Assembly: GCF_036321535.1 (NCBI RefSeq)
Contig: NC_087436.1
Span: 120,592,001 to 120,656,000, forward strand
Length of the DNA: 64,000 bases
Reading direction: 5' to 3'
Source: Camelus dromedarius
Lineage: Eukaryota
In this document: positions 1 through 13,183 of the stretch, one piece after another
How the letters are laid out: each line of letters begins with the position of its first letter
Position numbering within the stretch: the stretch's first letter is position 1
Made by a program: the position numbers and the translations under genes
The notes under the pieces: model-generated
What the model saw: only the letters and a program-made list of their open reading frames with translations
What the model was told of the DNA's origin: nothing
The model's database searches: none

Positions 1-479
1 GAGGCAAGGTGGCAATGAGCAACCCCCCTCTGGGCTGGGCTCAGGGCTGCCCGTGGGCTGGGGAGCCTTCTCAGCGGGAATGCAGCCGGGCCGCTCAGGG
101 CCGCCTGGAGAAGTCCTCCCCAGGGCCAGCCCGGACTGGTGCCTCCCGCGTGTAGGTGGCCAGGGCTCATTTTGCACTGTAACGACGTCTCTGCAAGGGG
201 TGTGGTGGCCGCATGGCCTGGAGCCCTGGTCCCCGGCCAAGCCCAGGCTGCTCTTCCTTTTAACAACTCTCCTCCCCTTACGATGGCCGAAGAAGTCACA
301 TCCTCTCCTGTCCCCAGCTCGTTCGGCAAACACCCCCATGGGGCAGACCCAGTTCCTACCCTGGGAGCACTCCATCTACTCGGGAAACGGCCCAGGAAAG
401 AGGTAGGTGTAACACCCACAGTCAGCACGGACAGTAATGATCACGTACGGAGCCCTTCTGAGAGTCCAGGGATCTCAGA

Positions 480-620
480 AGGGTTACCTTATGCAATGCT
501 TGCAGCAAACTTTAAGGCATATATTGTTACTCTTGTTTTATACCCAAGGAAACTGAACTAAGAGAAGTTAAGGAACTTGTCCGAGGTCACACAGTTACAA
601 AAGGAGCAAGATTTCAACCT
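480..620 (-). mobile_element. MIR SINE remnant
   Basis: aggaaactgaac..agagaagttaaggaacttgtccgaggtcacacag core. Confidence 0.65.
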
Positions 621-949
621 TTTATGAATGACCCCCATTTGTCAAACTGGGTTTCTGTGTGTTTTCCGCTGAGGCAGAGGGGAGCAGAGAGACAGTGGAA
701 CCCAGAGGAGGCACCAAAACCAGGCCTGGCATCAGAGAAGTCTGCCTGGGAGTAGTGAGCACACAGCTGGGCACTGAGGGATGAATAGGAGTTGGCTAGG
801 GAGAGGAGGTGAGGAAGGACCTTCTAGGTCCCCAGTCAGAGAGCTGGCCTGAGCTTCCCTCTGGCATTCAAGGTAGAAAGGGCAGGCGATTTGACAATTG
901 CGGCTGGAATGATTGCTCCTCTGTGCAGACAATGAAGACATAGAGCCCT

Positions 950-1125
950 ATTTTAAACCCCATACAAAACAAACTCTGGGCAGATTAAAGACCTACGCGT
1001 GAAATGCAAAACTCCAAAACATCAAGAACATCCCAGGAGAACATTCATATAATCTTGGGTCAGAGAATGATTTCTTAATCAGGACAGGAAAGTCCAAGCC
1101 ACAAAGGAGAACGGTGACATTCACC
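950..1125 (+). mobile_element. Old LINE-1 ORF2 fragment
   Basis: cagattaaagacct...gatttcttaatcaggacag resembles L1 ORF2 3' region. Confidence 0.55.
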
Positions 1126-4100
1126 CTGTGATGCGGGTGCAGATGGCGCGGTGGGGGGTGTTTGCGCTACACGTGGCCGTGAAGGTCGGGCTCCCGGCGC
1201 TCACGGAGCACTTCTGGGAGCAGAGCCCCTCCCTCCTCTTTGTCACTCGCTCCTCCTACTCATTCTTGACCCACGTCCACTCATTTGTTCCTTCCACGTG
1301 GCTGTTGCCGAGAGGCCTCCAGCTGGGACGTGGTGCCCATGCTCCCTCAGGGCCTCTCCCTGGGATCCGGACACATGGCAGCTGAGAGGATGCAGCGATT
1401 CTGCACAGCCCACACCCTGGGGCTGCCACAAATGCTTGACCTTGGCCCTCGAGAAGTGTTGAGAGACCCCATGGCGGTGCCCTGCAGGTGCTACAAACCC
1501 GCCAGTTCACGTGGGGAGCCCCTGCGGCAGGGGCCGCACGCTCACACACAGCGGGACCACTTCGGCCTGGGATGGACTGGTTCCTCCCCACAGACAGCTT
1601 GCCCAGGTGCTGTGCCCAGGGTGAGGTGGGGGCGGGAGGGCTTCCTGAGGGAGGTGTTTCCCAAGGTGACACAGGTTCAGAATCCATCTCCCAGCCCCTG
1701 GGACCCGTGGAGGTTGAAAATTCACAGCCTCTCATAAAGCCTCCTCCCTGAAACCTCGCTCAAAAGGATGCAGGCCTTCCTGTGAGCCAAGAAATTTCTG
1801 GGCCACGGGAGAGGCCAAGGGCGCAGAGAAAGCAGGACAGAAGGAAAACGCATTTCAAAGGAGGCTCAAGAATTTGCTGCTCAGGAAATGGCTCTGGAAA
1901 AGTTCAACGGGGCGTTCGGTGGAATCCCAAATATTCCCAGTCAAGAGGAAGGAAGGTTTGTGTTCCCGGGATGAGAGGGCCTGGGGCCTCTGGAGCTCAG
2001 CCCGTCCTGGGAGGCGGCTGGCCCGGGGAGGGCTGAGGTCAGCAGTGGAGGAGGCGGGGCGGGCAAGGCCAGTACGCGAGGAAGGCCCAGGGCCGGCGGC
2101 TGAGATCAAAGCAGCAGACACTTGGGCAGCTCTGTCTGCCCCTCACTCACCCTCACTCCGATGCGGAACTGCATCGTCCACGTCCCTGGGGCAGGGCTTT
2201 ATTCCTCAGTGAACCCCCGGCCCGCACAGTGGGTGACACCCTGCAGGCCAGCTGCCGGTGTCCGTCAGCTGCAGGAATAAAGGCTACATCCCACGGACTC
2301 CTAGACACAGACCACTGCAAGATGCTCCCTTGCTGACCCGCTATTGAGATAGAAAAGCCGTTGCCAAGGAAATTAGACACAGCACTTCATCTCAGCCCCC
2401 AACACTGCCTTGCTGAAGACACGTTTGGTGGCAGTGAACCGAGACTCACATGCTGAGCTGGATCTGGGCCCGCCCGGCCGAGGTCGAGGCGGGTGGGGTT
2501 GCCACGGCAAAGTGGGGACCAGCAGTGAGAGTGATGGTCTTATTCCCCAGGCGCTGGGGCCTTGACGCCTTCTGTTTCTGTTTCTTCCTGTGGCTTCTGG
2601 GGGAGTCGGGGCTGGCTGCTCTGTGCACCCCAGTCCCTCCTGGACACGGCGTGGTGCCCACATGTCAGTGCCAGGACTCTCCCCTCTAAGGAGCTGGTGT
2701 TTGCTCTCCTTCGTGACCCAGATCCACCCGTGATCTCCCCCAGCAGCCAGAGACCTGCTCTCCAGCACCACAGTTGTGTCTTTTCCAGGATGCCTAATGA
2801 ATGGAGTAACCCCACTGGGGTTATCTGGCAAACGAACACGAAAGAGACCCCAGTCTCGGCTCCCTTCCCCAGCGTGACGCCCTTGGGGCCAGCCCAGGAG
2901 TTGCCTGCGTCCGCGGGCCAGTCCTCCTGGCTCTGGGTGGCGGTTCATTGGGTGGATGTAGCCTGGGGCATTCATCTGTTCACCCGCTGGAGGACATTTG
3001 CGTTTTAAAGTTTGTGTCTTTTGCCAAATTTGGGAAGTTTTCAGCCATTATTTCTTCAGATGTTTTGTTTCCGCGCCGTCCCTTCCCTCTCTCCTTCTGG
3101 GACTCGACGACACAACATTAGACCTTACGTTATTTCCTCACGGGCCTGTGAAGCTTTGTGCATTTTTTTTCTCTTTTTTTAATTGTATTTTTTAATTAGC
3201 TAGAATTCACATGACATAAAAGTCACCATTTTAACCATTTTAAAGTGGACAAGTCAGTGGTCTTTACCACATCTACAATGTCGTGCAACCATCATCACCG
3301 TGCAATCCTGGAGTGCTTCTGTCATCCCCAGAAGACACCCAGACCTGTTAGCGGTCACCCCCAGTTCCCCCCACCCCTCACCCTGACAGCCCCTACCCTG
3401 CTTTCTGTCTCTCTAGATGGGCCTGTTAAGGACATTTATACATGAAATTACGTAATTGTGGCCTTTTGTGTCTGACTCCTTTGTTGAAACATTGACACAG
3501 TGTTTTCAAAGACTCATCCATGCGGCCCCCTGTGTCAGCGCGCCATTCCTTTAACGGCTGGATAGTCTTCCGCTGTGCGGAGCCCGCATTAAAAATCTGT
3601 CTGCTGACAGACATCGGGGTTGTGTTCCCTTTCTGGCTATCGCGAACAACGCCGTGACGAACAACTTCTGCACCAGTTTTCATGTGGCCCTGTGTTTTTA
3701 TTTCTCTTGCTCTCTTTTCACTTTTCTTACACCCTGAGGCACAGAGTCTCCGGGTCACACGGGGGTTCCATGTTTCCCTTGTGGGGGCACTAACACACTG
3801 GTTTCCACAGTTCGCACCGTCTGACCTTCCCACCGCCCGTGTGCAAGGGCACCAAGGCCGCCACGTCCTCCCCAGCCCTCACTGTTTCTGGTTTGGATGA
3901 CAGCCGTCCCCGTGGGTGTGCCGTTGTGTCTCCTTGTGGTTTTGATTTGCGTCCCCTGACGACTAACGATGGCGAGCATCTCTCCCTGTGCCTGTTGGCT
4001 GTTTGTGCATCTTCTCTGGAGAAACGCCCATTCAGATCCTTTGCTCATTTTTAAGTGGGATTATTTGCTTTTTTATTGTTGTATTCTACCAGTTACCAGA

Positions 4101-5293
4101 TGTATGGTTTGCCAGCATTTCGTCCCATTCTGTGCGTTGTCTTTTTGCCTTCTCGAGAATGTCTTATGCAGCACAATTTTTTCATTTTGATGGAGTCCAG
4201 TGTATGTATCTTTTCTTTTATTGATTATGTGTTTCATCTCACATCTAAGAAACTGTTGCCAATTCTGAGGCCACAAAATCTTATACTTATGTTCCCTTCT
4301 AAGAGTTTTGTAGTTTTAGCTCTTACATTGAGGTCTTTTAGTTAATTTTTAGTTAGTTTTTGTATATGGTGTGAGGTAAGGGTCCAAATTCATTATCTTT
4401 TGTTTGTGGCTATCCAACCATTCCTCCACTGTTTGTTAAAAAGACTATTCTTTCCCCATTGAACGGTCTTGGTATCCTTTTAGAAAGTCAGTTGGCCATC
4501 ATGTCTGGGTGATTTCTGGGCTCTCAGTTCTGTTCCATCGATTTCTTTGTTCGTCCCCAATCCTGTACCCTGTCTCGACGATGAGCTTGGTAGTAAGTGT
4601 TGAAGTCGGGAAGGGTGCATCCTCCAACTTTGCTGTTCTGTTTCAAGGTTGTTTTGGCTATTTGGGCTCGCTTTCGATGAGTTTTAGGATCAAATGTATC
4701 CACTTCGGGAAAGCAGGCAGTTGGCATTTTGACGGGGTTCCATTACATCTGTAGACCGTTTGCGGAGCATCGTCTAAAGTATTAAAGCTTCCAGTCCGTG
4801 AACACAGACGGCGTCCCATTTACTTAGGTCTTTCATTTCTTTCAGCTCTAATTTGTAGTTTGGTTAAATTTATTCCCAAGTATTTTTGTTCTTTCTGATA
4901 CTATTGCTGGACTTACATCCTTGGATTGCCCGTGGCTAGTGTGTAAGAATTACAACTCATTTTTGCATGTTGAGCTCATATCCTACAACCTGGCTCAGCT
5001 TTTTAATTCACTGTAACAGATGTTTTTGTGGATTCTTAGGGTTTTATATGTGTAAGATTATGTCATATGCGAATCGAGACAGTTTTAGCTCTTTTACAAT
5101 CTGAGGCCTCTCATCTTTTGCTTGCCTATGGCCCACCTGGAACCTCTGGGGCGGCGCTCCGCGGAGGCGACGCTCTTGCCTTGTTGCTGCCCTTTGGGGA
5201 AAGCAGCCAGCCTCCGCCGCTGAGCATGAGGGGGGCTGTGCTTGCTTCACACATGCCCGTGGTCAGGCTGACGAAGTTCCCTTCTGTTCTAGT

Positions 5294-6573
5294 CTTTTTT
5301 CGCCCCTAATTTAAAAAGTTGAAGTACAGTTTCTTTGCAATGCTGCATTAGTTTCCGGTGTACGGCATAGTGATGCAGCTGTATACGTACATGCGTGTTC
5401 ATGCTCTTTTTCATTACAGGTTACTACAAGCCGCTGAATATAGTTGCCTGTTCTGTAGCGTAGGGCCTTGTTGTTTATCTACTCTGTACATAGTATATGC
5501 ATCTGCCAACCCCAAACTCCCAGTCTATCTCTCCCTCCCCCTTTACTGCCCTGGTAACCATAAGTTTGTTTTCTTTTAAAAGAATTTTTTTTTGTATTTA
5601 TTTTTCTTTTTTAAGGAGGGGTAATTCAGTTTTTATGTACTTTTTAAATGGAGGTACTGGGGATTGAACCAGGACCTGTGCATGCTAAGCACACACTCTA
5701 CCCACCCCCAATACATTTGTTTTCTATTCTGAGGGTCACTTTCTGTTTTGTAAATAAATTCACTTGTGTCATTTTGTATATTCCACATATAAGTGATATC
5801 ATACGGTATTCGTCTTTCTCTGTCTGGCCTACTTCACTTAATATGATCATCTCCAGGTCCAGCCGTGTTGCTGCCAATGACATTATTTCATTCCTTTTTA
5901 TTGCTGTGTAGTATTCCATTATATACATATATATCTCACATTTTCTTTATTCAGTCACCTGTTGATGGACATTTAGGTGGCTTCCATGTCTTGGCTGTTG
6001 TAAATAGTGCTGCTGTGAACATTGGGGTGCATGTATCTTTTTGAATTATAGCTTTCTTCTGATATATGCCCAGGAGTGGGACTGCAGGATTGTGTATAAG
6101 TCTATTTTTAGCTTTTTTAAGGAACCTCCATACTGTTCTCCATAGTGGCTGCACCAATCTACATTCCCACCAGCATTGTAAGAGGGTTCCTTTTTCTCCA
6201 CACCCTCTCCAGCATTTATTATTTGTAGACCTTTTGATGATGGCCGTTCTGATCGCTGAGAGGTGACACCTCATTGTAGTTTTGTAGCATTTCTCAAATA
6301 ATTAGTGATGTCGAGCATCTTTTCATGGGCCTGTTGGCCATCTGCATGTCTTCTTTGGAGAAATGTCTATTTAGATCTGCCCAGTTTTTAATTGGGTTGT
6401 TTGTTTTTTTGATATTGAGCTGTGTGAGCTGCTTGTATATTTTGGAAATTAAGACTTTGTTGGTCACATTGTTTGCAAATATTTTCTCCCATCCTGTAGG
6501 TTGTCTTTTCGTTTTGTTTATGGTTTCCTTTGCTGTGCAAAAGCTTTTAAATTAATTACGTCCCATTTGTTTA
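5294..6573 (-). mobile_element. 5'-truncated younger LINE-1 (end of ORF2 plus 3' UTR)
   Basis: Minus-strand ORFs give L1 ORF2 C-terminus ([39 protein letters not shown]); flanked by direct repeat tctgttctagt at 5283 and 6574. Confidence 0.92.
5575..5715 (-). mobile_element. tRNA-Ala-derived SINE (camelid vic-1-like), internally deleted
   Basis: tggaggtactggggattgaacc...tgcatgctaagc head with T-rich tail; direct repeat tttgttttct at 5565 and 5716. Confidence 0.8.
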
Positions 6574-8439
6574 TCTGTTCTAGTTTTTTTTGGTGTTTTC
6601 ATCATGAAACGGTGTTGGATTTTGTGATCATTTTTTAACCTCTTTTTTCTCTTTTGTCCTTACTGGGTATTTTTTATTGCTCTGTCTTCAAGTTCACTAA
6701 CTTATTCTCCCATCATGTCCATTCTGCTACTGAGCCCATACAATGAGTTTTTATTTTAATAATTATACTTTTCAGTTCTAACATTTTCATTTAATTCTTC
6801 TTTATATCTTCTACTTCTTAGCCTAGACTTTCAATCTTTTGTTTCAGTCGTGTTCACCTTTCTTCTTGGATTGTTTTCACAATACTTGCACTAAGGTTTT
6901 CATCAGACAAGTCTGACAGCTGAATTGCTGTGGCACTGGAACCTGTCAGTGGTCTTTTCCCAGGCAAGTTGAAGTTTTCCTGGTTCTTCGTATGCCAAGT
7001 AATTCTGGATTGTATCTTGGACATCTAGAATATTATATGATGAGACTCTGGGTCTTAAATCCTTAAATCATGGAGAATGTTGATATTTTTGTTGTAGCAA
7101 GCAATGGATCCAGCCGGGTGCAGCTCACAAGGATCCACCAGCCTTCTGTGGGTCGTGATTTTAACATCCAGTTCTATTTTCAGTCTTTGCAGTGATTTAG
7201 CCTGTGTGTGCGCCACCCAGTGGCCAGTCCGGGACCTTCCCCCCACCTGGAAAAGGGCTATTTCTCGCTTTCCCAATGGTTGGTTGCTACTACTACTAAC
7301 TCCCTCTGTGGCAGAGGGGGACTGTCCTCATTTCCCTCCCCTGCCCACCCTCCCCCCAAGCTACAGCACAGTTTTGGTTAAATCAGTTCTTAGCATCTGT
7401 ATTGTGATGACCAAACAAATGCTGATGGCTGATGGACACACAGTGCACCATAATTACCTTGTCCTTCTGGTCCAGCTTTTTCTTTTGCCTGGAGTTGATA
7501 CTTGCCTTGTGTTTTCATTTGCTTAGTTTTTTATATACTTATCACTAACTTGTCCCCTAACTTCCCTTGTGTGGCTGGGTGCATCAGGTCACCTGTAGGT
7601 CCTTCTGTAAACCTTGACCCTGGGGTCTCCCACCTACAGCTCCAGCTTGGCTGGGGTGGTTGCCCCCCAGGTCTGCTGCCCTGAAGGCTCCTCTCCTGGG
7701 CTGGCTCTGTTTCTCCCCGGTTCCTGTGGCTCCCTTCTCCATGAGAGGCAATGAGGGATAGTAGTTAAGGCACAGGCTTTGGGGCCCGACTGCCTGGGTC
7801 GAAGTCCTAGCTTTTCTGGCTCACTCAGTCTTGCCAGCCACTCGCCCCTGGTCCCACCCTCCCCAAGGTGCTGACTGAGACAGCACGATCTCAGGGGTGG
7901 ACTGAATTTAAAAGGTCCAGACAGAGAAGGTGTTGAGGTGAGAACAGGAAGGGTGTGTCTGGCACAGGATGCACAGGGAGTGTGTGCAGTCAGGTGTATG
8001 GAGAGGCGCCTGGCAATGAGGCTTGAGTGTCCAGGTGGGGACAGAACCTGGAGGGCCTGGAGTCCCAGGCTCAGGGGTAGAATCCAATCTGTGGGCAGTG
8101 GGGAGCCATTGGAAGTTTGTAAGCTAGAGAGTTACCTGAAACTTGAGATCCAGAAAGGACCTTAGTCCTCTGGGGTCCATCGGGTTCTTCATTTAGAAGC
8201 AATGGGATGTCACTCTGGACAACTTCAGCCAAAGAAGAATGTGCTGGAAGCATCTGGATCCATTTACAGAAGCCAAGGAGAGGCTAAGGATTCTGAACAT
8301 ACTATTCCCGCGTCGATTCCTCCTTCTGCAATGAAGCCTTAGCCTCTGTCTTTTTATCTGGTTTCAGAGTTTGTGCGTGCATTTCTGTGTCCCAAGACAA
8401 GGAAAAAAAACATGGAAAGTCATGACCAGTTACTGACCG

Positions 8440-8575
8440 CCAGGAAGAGCGCTCAGTGCCTCCCATGCTTTGTCTCACGCTGTCCCTTCAGCAGCCTTAG
8501 GAGAGAGGGTTGTTATTAACCCCATTTCACAGAGGAGGGATATGAGGCACAGAGAGGTTCAGAAAGTTGCCCGCC
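8440..8575 (-). mobile_element. MIR SINE remnant
   Basis: ttattaaccccatttcacagaggagggatatgaggcacagagaggtt. Confidence 0.7.
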
Positions 8576-8624
8576 CCGGCTGGCCCCGCCCGGGGGGCCC
8601 AGGCCATTCATCCACGCCACAGAC

Positions 8625-9172
8625 CCCATCTGAAGTTAGCAAACTTGAGCTGAGGTCATCCTGGATTAGGACATGTCTTTTTTTTTTTTTTAATATTTTT
8701 TATTGATTTATAATCATTTTACAATGTTGTGTCAAATTCCAGTGCAGAGCACAATTTTTCAGTTATACATGAACATATATATATTCATTGCCACATTTTT
8801 CCTCTGTGAGCCACCACAAGATCTTGTGTATATTTCCCTGTGCTGCACAGTACAACCTTGTTCATCTGGTCTAAGGACATGGCTTAGATCCAATGACAAG
8901 TATCCCCATGAGAGAAGAAAAGGGGCGAGGTACACAGAGGGGGAGGCCGTGTGATGATGGAGGGAGTGACTAGAGGGGGGTGGCCACAAGCCAGGGGTTA
9001 CTGGCAGCTACCAGAAGTTCAAAGAGGCAGGAAGGACCCTGCCCCGGATGCAGAGGGAACCAGCCCTGCCGACGCCTTGAATTCAGACTTCCAGCCTCTT
9101 AAACTGTGACAGAATAAGTATCTGTTCTTTGAAGCTGCTTTTCTGTGGTTTGTTACTGTGGCCACGGGAAAT
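8625..9172 (+). mobile_element. MaLR (MLT1-like) solo LTR interrupted by an L1 fragment
   Basis: gaggtcatcctggattagg ... ccagaag..agaggcaggaagga ... gccttgaattcagacttccagcctc...ttgttac. Confidence 0.75.
8676..8873 (-). mobile_element. Short LINE-1 3' end
   Basis: Poly-T then tttacaatgttgtgtcaaattccagtg...tatttccctgtgctg; direct repeat aggacatg at 8668 and 8874. Confidence 0.8.
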
Positions 9173-9659
9173 CCCTGCAGATGCTACCAAGTATGGACTT
9201 CTGGACTGCTGTTACTTAGGGACTGGTGTGTGCAAGGACCCAAGGCTAGGAGGAAGAAGTCCTGGAACATTAGAGTAAGGGGCTGAGCTACTTTACAAGT
9301 AGTGAGTTCCCCATTCCTGGAGGCAAACAAGTGGAGGCTGATGTCCAAGGAGATTGACAGGACCCGCAACTGGATTGAGGATCAGGAGAAGGGAGTGGGA
9401 GGAGTCACAGGTACTCTGAGGATTTAGGCGGGGGTGGGAGGATGGTGATGCCATGGCAGGGAGAGAACCCAGGAGAGCCTGAGGGCTGGGGGGATCTCAG
9501 TGGTGGCGGCTGGGAAGGAGCCATGCAGAGGGAGGAGGGAGGCTGGGGGTCAGTGCTCAGCTGGGAAGGGCCACCGATCAGAGTCCTGCCTCTGGCAGGG
9601 TCCAAGGCAGCGAGGGTGTGAGAAGTGTCTCTGCTCCCCAAGGAGAGCTGGTCTCCAGG

Positions 9660-9694
9660 AGTCTCCCAGGATGCAGTCTCCCAGGATGCAGTCT
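9660..9694 (+). repeat. 15-bp tandem duplication
   Basis: agtctcccaggatgc x2 plus a partial copy. Confidence 0.9.
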
Positions 9695-10789
9695 GTCTGG
9701 CCTACAGGCAGTAAGGTCTGTCAGGCTGAGGTGCCCTTCACCCTCCCACCCCAGTGGCAGGTGCAGAGAGGCCTCCAAGTGGCCAGTGAAGTCTTGTGCT
9801 GCTTGTGGACAAAGCTGCTGCTGGTGGAGGGGCTGGCCCTGACCCTGCAGCCCCTCCCAGCTGTATTGGCATCACTGCCCGAGGTCAGCGAGCACCGTGC
9901 ATCTGCTCTGTGCCCCCAGCCCAGCCAGGGCCGGCCCAGAGTCAGTGCCTGGGACACGTTTGTTGAATGAATGCAAGTGACACCCATACACTCATCTAGT
10001 AACTCACTCGCGGCCTCGGCACTTCACTTCGCCAGCAGAGGCTCTGCTCTCTGGTATTTGAAAGAGGATGAGGCGCCTTTGCTTCCAGGGTGGTTGTGAG
10101 GCCTGAATGAGAAACGCACGTAAGTAAGAGACCCTCAGGGCCCCATTTCCCACCCATAAAACAAGTGATGGGACCCGCCAAGTGAAGGGCATGCAGTGGC
10201 ATCCCAGGACTGAGAGCTGGGGCCTGGCCTAGGTTCCGGGGCTGCAGGCGAGGCTTGAGCCCCACCGCCCGGGGCCAGGCCAGTCTGCCACCTCAGCACC
10301 ATGCCCAGCGTGGCTGAGCTTCCAGACCAGCTGTTTCCCCCATTAGCTGCCCCTCCCTCCCAGGAGGGCCTCCAGCTCCAGAAAAATGGGAAAGGAGGGC
10401 CCCCGGGAACTTTCCAGGCAGCCGGTGTGGTCTCGGGGGTGCAGGTGGCCTGCAGTGAGGGTCCTGGGCCGTGTCCTCCTTGGCTAGGCCTCAGGTGCTA
10501 GGTTCGCTGCAAGTGTACCCCTTTCTGACCCTGGGGCCCTGGCCTCCCGGCCCACAGGCTCTGGCAGGCCTGGCTGGGCCAGCTGGGCGCTGGCGGCAGC
10601 CGTGTGGAGGCAGGACCGCGGCCAATGCTGCAGGGCTAGGCTGGGCCAGACGAGCCCTGAGACCAGACTGCAGCCTGCTAATCAGGCCTAAAAACTCGGG
10701 CAGGCTTCTGCAAGGGCTGTGCCCAGGGCCAGTGCACTTATCCCTGCTAAGTGCTCAGGGTGAGGGATGAGGCCACGTGAGTGGGTGGC

Positions 10790-11225
10790 ATGGAGGGCAG
10801 AATTCTGAGATGGCCCCAAGACCCCGCCCCCTGGTATGCACAACTGCATCATTGGCTCCCCTGGAAGAGGGGGTGGACCCGCTGCTCTGATGGGATTTCA
10901 CTCCTGACTTTAAGAAAGCGGGAGTATCCTGGTGGGCCAGACCTAATCAGGACTCGTCACGGAAAGAGGGCTTTATGTGAGGGGTGTTCTTTGTTGCGAG
11001 CTCTGGAGGTGAGAAGCTGCACGGCCAGGGCCTGAGAACAAACCTTAGCCCACACCCTGTGAGCTTGGAAGAGGACCCGGTGCTACAGAGGGACCACAGT
11101 CTGCCTGCCTGAAACCGAGACCAGGCCCAGCTGAGCCCTGCATGGACTTCTCGCCTGCTGAAGTGGTGGATGCTGGATGGATGATGGTTGGCTTAAGTGG
11201 ATAATTTGTTAGGCAGCATAGACAA
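10790..11225 (+). mobile_element. MaLR (MLT1-like) LTR remnant
   Basis: ggcagaattctgagatggccccaaga ... gagtatcctggtgggccagacctaatca ... ataatttgttaggcagcatagac. Confidence 0.65.
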
Positions 11226-12389
11226 TGGACGTGCAACTAAACTCAGACGACATCAAAAGCTGGCCCTCACCGGGCCCCAAAGCCCCTCGTTTCACCCTGT
11301 GAAGTCCCACTCAGCCGTCATCCCAGGAGCCACCCAAGGGCCCATCCCAGGCTCTGCCTTGAGGGTATCCCACAGTGTGGGTTGAATTAAAGAATTTTCA
11401 ATAGCTCCTCAGAAGTGCCCCAGTTCCTGGAGTCCTCCAAGGGCCGGCCTGCCCCCAGGGGAGCTGCTGGGAGCGGTGTCCCTTGGCAGGGGAGGGGCGC
11501 CAGCCTGCCACGGGTGCTCTGGTTCCGCCACGCAGGCCACAGAAGAAGCGATCTCAAGCTGTTCTCCAAGAGCGGAAATCACAGAGCCCGTGTATGTTTC
11601 CCCCATGGCTTCTCTGCGGGGGGTTAGTGAGAGAATTGTTCTGAAAAGAGCATTTTTGCTTTTTTATCTGTATCATTAAGAAATCAAAAGAAATACACAG
11701 GAGATGAGGAAGAATTTTAAAAAATCAGATCAAGTCCTGTTTCCAGAGAAATCAATGTTGAACCTTTTGGTGAACCTCATGTCAGTTTTTCTGGGTGCAC
11801 ACAAACCTGCCCCCCACATGCACGCATGCTCACTGCACACACACATGTATGCATGCGCAGTCACCTGCACACCCACCTCCACACACATGCACAGGTTCAC
11901 AGTGACACCCTACTACGTGATGCGTGATTGCGTGTGTTCTGTGTTAACTCAGTGATAATCCTGGACGGATTCCCCAGGCCTATAAACGTAGACGTAAACC
12001 ACACTCCCCCCCGGCTCCTGGCCTCTCCTCGTGTGGAAGGAATTGTCTGCAGGTCTGTCTGATGAACGGCCCTGGGCCTCTGTGTGTCCACACTTTGCAG
12101 CCACAGCAGTGTTTCCTGGTGTTAAAAGCCTGGATTTCTCTGCCGAGGAAGAAACCTCTTTTAATGTCTCGCCAAACAGACAGCACATGCTTCGTCTGTG
12201 TTCCCACCCTCCTGGAAGGTGATTTTCCCAACTAAGAGTGAGGAACCTGTCTTTCCTTTCTCTCAGTGTGACTTTGATCATGAGGAAGTTGGAACATTTC
12301 GTATAGTTTTGTTACCAGCATTTCTGTATTTGTATCTCTCTTTTTTGCTCTCTCAATCCGGTTCCTTTACTGACAGTTTTTTCTGAGTA

Positions 12390-13183
12390 ATTTTTTTTAA
12401 TTGAAGAACAGCCAGTTACAATGTGTGCAGCACAATGTCCCAGTCATGTGTATACATACATCTATTCATTTCCATATTTTTTCATTAAAGGTTATTACAA
12501 GATATTAAACATAGTTCCCTGTGCAATACAGAAGAAACTTCTTTATTTTTTAATCTATTTTTATATATAACAGCTAACATTTGTAAATCTCAAACTCCCA
12601 AATTTATTCCTTCCTACCCCCTTTCCCTGGTAAACATAAGATTGTTCACAGACTGATATATGTCTGTGAGTCTGTTTCTGTTTTGTAGATAAGTTCATAG
12701 TGTCTTTTTTTTTTTTTTTTTTAGATTCCACATATGAGTGATATCATATGGTATTTTTCTTTCTATTTCTGGCTTACTTCACTTAGAATGACGATCTCTA
12801 GGTCCATCCATGTTGCTGCAAATGGCATTATTTTATTCTTTTTATGGCTGAGTAGTATTCCATTGTCTAAATATACCACAACTTCTTTATCTAGTCCTCT
12901 GTTGATGAGCAGTTTGGTTGCTTCCATGCTATTGTAAATAGCACTGCTGTGAACATTGGGGTACATGCATCTTTTCAAATTAGAGTTCCCTCCTTTTTTG
13001 TGCCCAGGAGTGGAATTGCTGGGTCATATGGTAGGTTTATTTTTAGTTTTTGAGGAATCTCCATACTGTTTTCCATAATGGCTGCACCAAACTACATTCC
13101 CACCAACATTTATCGTTCATGGACTGTTGAATGATGGCCATTCTGACTGGTGTGAGGTGATATCTCATTGTAGTTTTGATTTG
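12390..13183 (-). mobile_element. 5'-truncated younger LINE-1
   Basis: IMPFAATWMDLEIVILSEVSQK on the minus strand; direct repeat ttttctgagta at 12379 and 13184. Confidence 0.9.

Larger units (their letters stand above)
2960..7200 (-). mobile_element. Composite block of old LINE-1 sequence with nested younger insertions
   Basis: T-rich antisense L1 hallmarks (aaatttgggaagttttcagccattatttctt; tttgtatatggtgtgaggtaagggtcca; ttggttaaatttattcc). Confidence 0.85.

Noticed and set aside
5698..6274. Host protein-coding gene on the minus strand
   Set aside because: The peptides are the LINE-1 ORF2 C-terminus, broken across frames.
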